A stretch of DNA of 64,000 nucleotides from an uncultured virus (IMG/VR IMGVR_UViG_3300023257_000017). Its lineage: Duplodnaviria; Heunggongvirae; Uroviricota; Caudoviricetes. Shown here piece after piece: positions 59,246 through 64,000 of the stretch; within the stretch, counting starts at the first letter, position 1; each line of letters opens with the position of its first letter. The notes below the pieces were generated by a model, which saw only the letters and a program-made list of their open reading frames with translations, was not told the DNA's origin and made no database searches. The stretch is taken from the IMG/VR virus record IMGVR_UViG_3300023257_000017; one strand, given 5' to 3'. The position numbers and the translations under genes were made by a program.

Positions 59246-62200
59246 TTACATTAAAGAGGCTAATTCCTCTCGAACCTCCATTGCGATTTCTCTTGAACTT
59301 AAATTATTTCCATTAATATTAATGTTTACACTACCAATGCTACTATTTGATTGTCCTGATGGACTTACTTTTACATGCTCTGGACCATTCTCTCCAACCA
59401 TCATCATAGTAGGATTAGATATTAGTCCGTCAAAACCAGTTGCATATTTGAAAAATGCCGGATCTACAATCGCAGTTGAAGGCACATTATACGAATGTCC
59501 ACCAGTATTTCCAGAAATATATTCTCCAGAATATTTTGTAGATGCACCACTATCTCCACCACTAATAGGCTCATTGTTATTTATTATACCACTTTCTGCT
59601 TCTATTAATTTCCTTTTTTGTACAATAAGTTGATATACAGCTTCTTTTTGTTTTCGTAAAAGTTCTATCTTATCATCCATTGTTTTTTGTATTTTCTCTT
59701 GATCAGCAAGCCAATCTGCTTCAGTATCTCTAAGGTCTTCAATTTTAAGTCTCTTGCCTTCTATTGCATTTATAGCTTCGGATGCAGATTTATTTACCTC
59801 ATTAGAATTATCTTCCCAATTAGCTTTGCTCTCGTCTAATTTATTCTGTTCTTCCCCAAAGAATATTCCCTGTGCCATACGTAAAGCGTCAATGTATTGA
59901 GTTTCTTCACTACTACTACCACTACCACTTTCGTTACCAAAAAAGTTGGTGCCTAACAATTGAGTTTGTAGCGTCTGTACTGTTCCTGTGACATCCTTAG
60001 TCAAATCCATAGAGTTGATAAGCAAAGAACGCATTGTCTCATTAAGTGTCTCTTGCCAAGCTTTATATCTTGTTTCTGAACTATAAAGTGCATCATTTAA
60101 TTTTTCTGCCTGTTCAACCTGAATAGACATCTCTTTATTAGTTCCTGCTAATGCAGAACGTAAAAAAGCCTCTGCAGAGCCTAGACCCAAAGCAGAAAAT
60201 TCAGCTTTCTGTTGTTGTAATTCAATATTTTTAATTAAAAATTCTACTTCAGTCTCACCAATACCATTAATATTAAACCTTCTAGATTGTATGGTACTTA
60301 TTTCTGACTCTAGATTCTTAATCTCATCAGTAGTTTTCTTTATTTTTTCAGTTAATTCTGTAAATTCTATTTTTGATAATCTATTCTCTTCATTTAAATC
60401 GTGAGTTTTATCTTTCAACTTTTCTTCTGCTTTTGCAAGTTGTAGTTTTTTATCATATAATGCTTCTGCAGCCATTAATTCGCTTATATTAGAATCCTTT
60501 AAATCTCCTTTAAGCCCAATTAAATAAGCAATAGCTTCCCTATATATTTTAAGTGCATTGCTTGCTTTCATAACTCCAGTTTGTTCTTTTGCAAATAAAT
60601 CGGTAGATACGTCTAAAATATCTTTAAATGCTCTCTGTTTATTCTCATTAAGTTCAAGGAGTTTACCCATTTCTCCAAACTCTTCATTAAAGCCTTTTAT
60701 TAATGCTAATCCTGTTTCATTAACTTGGTCATCTTCTCCTGTGTTTGCAATTACTTGATCCAATAGAAGTCTTGCTGCTGCCGCATATTTTGTAGTTAAT
60801 CCATATTCGTCCATAGTGTCTACAAGTTTAATAAGTCCTTCAAGAGCTTGAGCAGATATATTTTCAGTGTTCGCTTGTGCATCAGCAAGCTTTTCTTCTT
60901 TCGTTTTTCTAGTTTCGAATACACCATTTAGTTTTTCATTAGCACCAATAATCTCTAATACAGAACTCAAAGTAGCACTATCTATACCTCTTTTCATCTC
61001 AGCTAATTGATTTTCTTCTGCTTCTATGTCTTTTATCTTTTGCTTAACATTTAAATTTTCATATAATACTTGATTGAATTTTTCTACATCTTCTGACTTA
61101 ATGTTAAAACTAATTAGTCCAGCATTGGCACGTTTTCTTTGATCGTATAGATTTGGCTTTCCTATAACAAAACCACCTGTAGCATTTTCCCTTACCTTTA
61201 ATCCCACGTTATCAAGCGATTCTACAATCTTATCAAATTGTACTCGTGCTAATTCTCCAGCTTTACCTCCTAAATTCATAGCAGCTGATAATTGTTCTAA
61301 ATCCTTAGCTAAAGCTCTTGTTGTTTCGCTAGCACGACCACCTACAAATAACTCTTTAATGTTTTGACCAAACCCTGCAGTAACAAGGCCAGCATCTTGT
61401 AACATAGATTGGAATACAGCACTGGTCTCTTTTCCTTGATTTTCTAAAGATTCCATAGCTTTTTTATATAGATTAATAGAATGTTCACCAGCTTGTAAGC
61501 TTGCTGAAACATCGCCAATAGTAATACCTAATTTTTTATACTGATCAAGTAATGCATTAACACCAGGCGCACCACGAATACCAAATGCATCCATAATTAG
61601 TTTTGATCTTTCTGCTTCAGTCCCAACCTTATCTAGTGCATCGGATAATTCAGTAACAATTCTGTTTAATGATTTAAAATCACCATCTATAGTTGTAGCA
61701 CTAAAACCTAATTTTCTTAACTGCTTGGATGCTTCTGCAGGAGTTTTTACTAATCCCTGAATAACCCTCCTAAGAGTAGTGCCCGATTTTGAGCCGCGAA
61801 GCCCCGCGTTAGTTAGTAACCCTATAGTCGTAACTGTTTCTTCTAATGAAATACCAGCACCAGCAGCCACAGTACCAACTAATCCTAATGATGTTGTTAA
61901 TTGACTAACTGTTGAAGCTGTTTGAACAGCAGCACCAGCCAAGATATTAGCAACATGTGTAGCATCTTTTGCTCCAAGACTAAACTGATTTAAAGTTGTT
62001 GAAATTGCATCAGTTGCAATAGCTAATGTTGTAAAACCACCAATGGCTAATTTTGTTGAAGCGTTTACAATATCAAACGATTCTGCAGCATCAAATCCTT
62101 TCTTAGAAACCTCTAAATATGCAGCAGCAGTCTCTTTAAGCGTAAATATTGTACCCATTCTAAGAAGGCTTACTTGATTCATAATCTCTTCATTAGTTTT

Positions 62201-62509
62201 ACCAGTAACAGAACCAATTTGTGTTATAGCATGCTCTACTTCACGAGCAGGTTTTGCTAATTTATTATATAAGGCAATAACTAGACCTATTGAAACTGCA
62301 TAGTTAAAATAAGTAATCCTAGCTTTAGTAAGACCAGCCCAACCACTTTTATGAGCTTTATCCTTATCAATCTCTGACTTTTTTAATTTCTTATTAGCAG
62401 CTTCTAGAGCTTTCAACCTTTTCTCATAGTCTTTCAACTGACTATAATCAATCTTACCAGTACGAAACTCTGTTGATATTACAATTGTACGATTTATATT
62501 GCCTGCCAT
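59246..62509 (-). CDS. tail tape measure protein (TP901 family)
   Basis: A/G-rich helical protein; LNQFSL..DATHVANILA, GISLEET, GLRGSKSGTTLR; C-terminal ATG...PTMMMVGENGPEHV. Confidence 0.93.
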   Translation of the reverse strand: MAGNINRTIVISTEFRTGKIDYSQLKDYEKRLKALEAANKKLKKSEIDKDKAHKSGWAGLTKARITYFNYAVSIGLVIALYNKLAKPAREVEHAITQIGSVTGKTNEEIMNQVSLLRMGTIFTLKETAAAYLEVSKKGFDAAESFDIVNASTKLAIGGFTTLAIATDAISTTLNQFSLGAKDATHVANILAGAAVQTASTVSQLTTSLGLVGTVAAGAGISLEETVTTIGLLTNAGLRGSKSGTTLRRVIQGLVKTPAEASKQLRKLGFSATTIDGDFKSLNRIVTELSDALDKVGTEAERSKLIMDAFGIRGAPGVNALLDQYKKLGITIGDVSASLQAGEHSINLYKKAMESLENQGKETSAVFQSMLQDAGLVTAGFGQNIKELFVGGRASETTRALAKDLEQLSAAMNLGGKAGELARVQFDKIVESLDNVGLKVRENATGGFVIGKPNLYDQRKRANAGLISFNIKSEDVEKFNQVLYENLNVKQKIKDIEAEENQLAEMKRGIDSATLSSVLEIIGANEKLNGVFETRKTKEEKLADAQANTENISAQALEGLIKLVDTMDEYGLTTKYAAAARLLLDQVIANTGEDDQVNETGLALIKGFNEEFGEMGKLLELNENKQRAFKDILDVSTDLFAKEQTGVMKASNALKIYREAIAYLIGLKGDLKDSNISELMAAEALYDKKLQLAKAEEKLKDKTHDLNEENRLSKIEFTELTEKIKKTTDEIKNLESEISTIQSRRFNINGIGETEVEFLIKNIELQQQKAEFSALGLGSAEAFLRSALAGTNKEMSIQVEQAEKLNDALYSSETRYKAWQETLNETMRSLLINSMDLTKDVTGTVQTLQTQLLGTNFFGNESGSGSSSEETQYIDALRMAQGIFFGEEQNKLDESKANWEDNSNEVNKSASEAINAIEGKRLKIEDLRDTEADWLADQEKIQKTMDDKIELLRKQKEAVYQLIVQKRKLIEAESGIINNNEPISGGDSGASTKYSGEYISGNTGGHSYNVPSTAIVDPAFFKYATGFDGLISNPTMMMVGENGPEHVKVSPSGQSNSSIGSVNININGNNLSSREIAMEVREELASLM

Positions 62510-62521
62510 TATGTTTGTTTC

Positions 62522-62686
62522 TTAAACTCCTCTCATTTTACTTAAATGATCAATGTACGCTTTTATCATGCCATTAATTTGAAACTGGTACAAGTTTCCT
62601 TGCTTGTCTGGGGTAACTCCAAGTAAGGATAAATACATATCCTGCCTGAATCTGTTTAATCTTGCAGTTCCCCGTCGAAGTTTTTT
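62522..62686 (-). CDS. -1 frameshift extension of the tail assembly chaperone (GT-like)
   Basis: Slippery A-AAA-AAC at 62686-62680; the -1 frame is open for ~53 codons and ends 12 nt before the TMP ATG. Confidence 0.75.
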   Translation of the reverse strand, partial: KKLRRGTARLNRFRQDMYLSLLGVTPDKQGNLYQFQINGMIKAYIDHLSKMRGV

Positions 62687-63483
62687 AATTTTTCGCTTCT
62701 TCTATTATTCACTAATATTTCTTTAGGAGAAGCTTTATGATATTCTGAAATATCTCCAATTGCGTCTTTAAAACACATCCTCATTTGTGGCTTTGCTAAG
62801 TCCCATTCTTTGATTGTTAATTTAGGCTCAGCTACTTTATCTGATAATAAATGACTAATGAATGTTTTATCTTCTTTGTCAATAGGACTTTGCCATTCAC
62901 CTTTATCATTCTTCCACATATTTTTATTGAAATATTTATATGCCTCTGACACAGTACATGGTATTGCTTTTATCTTTCTTAATACTTTTTCACTATCACG
63001 TTTTTTCTCTAAGAAATTTAAATCAGCCCTACATTCATTTATCTTAATAGTGTATGCAGATATTTTTATACCATTCTCTGAAGATATTTTGTTTATTACA
63101 AGATTTTTATCCTCTATTTGTTTTTTTATCCCTTTTATTACTTCTAATTGTGGCTTTTCTTCTTTGCTTAAAATAATAATAGCTTCTTTTGATTTCGATA
63201 TTTCAGCATTAATCAATTTCATTGTACTCTTAAAAGCAACCTTAATAGAATCATACATTGTAAGAGCATTATCTAGTTCCATAGTTGTGAATAATAATTC
63301 ATCGTCAATAGATTTATCATAAACTTCAATCTCCATTTCTTCAGCTATTGCTACACCATCTTCATCAACCTGAAACATTATCTCTTCTTTTTTTAGAAAA
63401 GTGTTCTCTTTAGATTTGTCTATTGTGTTTGTTCCAACTATATTTCCTTCTTTTGCAGTGCTTTCCTTATTTTCTTTAGTCAT
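62656..63483 (-). CDS. tail assembly chaperone (G-like)
   Basis: Position upstream of TMP; slippery heptamer near its 3' end; GAGGT RBS before ATG 63483. Confidence 0.65.
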   Translation of the reverse strand: MTKENKESTAKEGNIVGTNTIDKSKENTFLKKEEIMFQVDEDGVAIAEEMEIEVYDKSIDDELLFTTMELDNALTMYDSIKVAFKSTMKLINAEISKSKEAIIILSKEEKPQLEVIKGIKKQIEDKNLVINKISSENGIKISAYTIKINECRADLNFLEKKRDSEKVLRKIKAIPCTVSEAYKYFNKNMWKNDKGEWQSPIDKEDKTFISHLLSDKVAEPKLTIKEWDLAKPQMRMCFKDAIGDISEYHKASPKEILVNNRRSEKLKNFDGELQD

Positions 63484-63889
63484 TTTTAACCTCTTTTTTC
63501 TTTGAAGCATTCATCATTGCACGTTTTTCTCGCACACGTCTTCTAGTTCTTTCTTCTTCAGTCTCTACAACTTCCTCTTTCTTCTCACTTATGTCTGTAA
63601 TTACATTAGCAAGTAATTCATCATGAGCATAAACTAATCTCTCTAATGTTTCTAATCTATTGTTTTGTGCTGTAAATATTTGTGTCTTATTCTCTAATAT
63701 GTCTAACGCTAATGCAAACGCTTTATTATGAAACTTAGAAAAACCTCTATCCTCACACCATCTAGCCCATCTATTTGCCTGGTTAATATGAAGCGGCTTT
63801 ATCACAAAAGCTATATTCTCTTTCTTATATTCTACATCGCTTATCTGTTCGATACGCATTACATTTTCTTCTTCTGGTTTTTCGTCCAT
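63476..63889 (-). CDS. hypothetical protein in the tail operon
   Basis: GAGG RBS; coupled to the chaperone. Confidence 0.6.
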   Translation of the reverse strand: MDEKPEEENVMRIEQISDVEYKKENIAFVIKPLHINQANRWARWCEDRGFSKFHNKAFALALDILENKTQIFTAQNNRLETLERLVYAHDELLANVITDISEKKEEVVETEEERTRRRVREKRAMMNASKKKEVKND

Positions 63890-63921
63890 ATAAATTCATT
63901 CCTCTTTAATTTTCTAATTCA

Positions 63922-63954
63922 AAAAAATAAAAAAATAAGGGATTATTTACCCTT
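63922..63954 (-). terminator. hairpin plus T-tract terminator
   Basis: AAGGG-taaataat-CCCTT followed by ATTTTTTTATTTTTTT on the - strand. Confidence 0.55.
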
Positions 63955-64000
63955 GTTGATTCTTGATACTAACTCTTCCGTAATCCTGTGGCTTACAATC
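63947..64000 (-). CDS. 3' end of a gene, possibly major tail tube
   Basis: Open frame DCKPQDYGRVSIKNQQG* at the window edge; identity inferred only from position. Confidence 0.35.
   Translation of the reverse strand, partial: DCKPQDYGRVSIKNQQG

Larger units (their letters stand above)
1..64000. mobile_element. Segment of a tailed archaeal virus genome (or provirus)
   Basis: Tape measure protein, tail chaperone frameshift, MCM helicase, RuvC-like resolvase, dense short ORFs with ATGA overlaps, archaeal TATA boxes, convergent early(+)/late(-) organisation. Confidence 0.9.

Noticed and set aside
47512..63322. + strand ORFs within the tail module and - strand ORFs within the + strand operons
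   Set aside because: Antisense shadows without RBS or recognisable motifs
1..64000. tRNA genes, integrase, capsid/terminase, stop-codon reassignment
   Set aside because: None recognised by eye. Long conserved genes are intact under the standard code, and head genes probably lie beyond the right edge.

Overview
The window is an AT-rich segment of a tailed dsDNA virus (Caudoviricetes-type) with an archaeal host, most likely a DPANN lineage. The archaeal assignment rests on an MCM helicase, BRE/TATA promoters, GGTGA/GGAG ribosome-binding sites and RHH regulators; the DPANN host is inference. Layout: (1) 1-11.7 kb is a + strand array of short early-type ORFs, punctuated by six co-oriented copies of an unexplained bipartite motif, AAAAGR-N8-AAATTACCT(GAT). 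(2) About 11.73-17.9 kb is a patchwork island of apparently host-derived restriction-modification fragments. Its methyltransferases are kept, while the nuclease-type genes survive only as stubs. It contains an attC-like site, and its left junction matches the attC core. A viral MT-A70 methylase follows. (3) 18.5-33.9 kb holds regulatory and replication genes (GIY-YIG, SWIM, phosphoesterase, MCM, RuvC-like). (4) 33.9-46.3 kb is a ~12.5 kb glycan synthesis and modification cluster. (5) 46.3-64 kb is a convergent - strand tail module: a tail chaperone with a -1 frameshift, a tape measure protein, a Cys-protease-like protein, and signal-peptide proteins including a 2945-aa sequon-rich LamG/Ig-like protein. 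No capsid, terminase, DNA polymerase, integrase, tRNA or CRISPR array was seen. All calls come from reading motifs by eye; no database searches were run.
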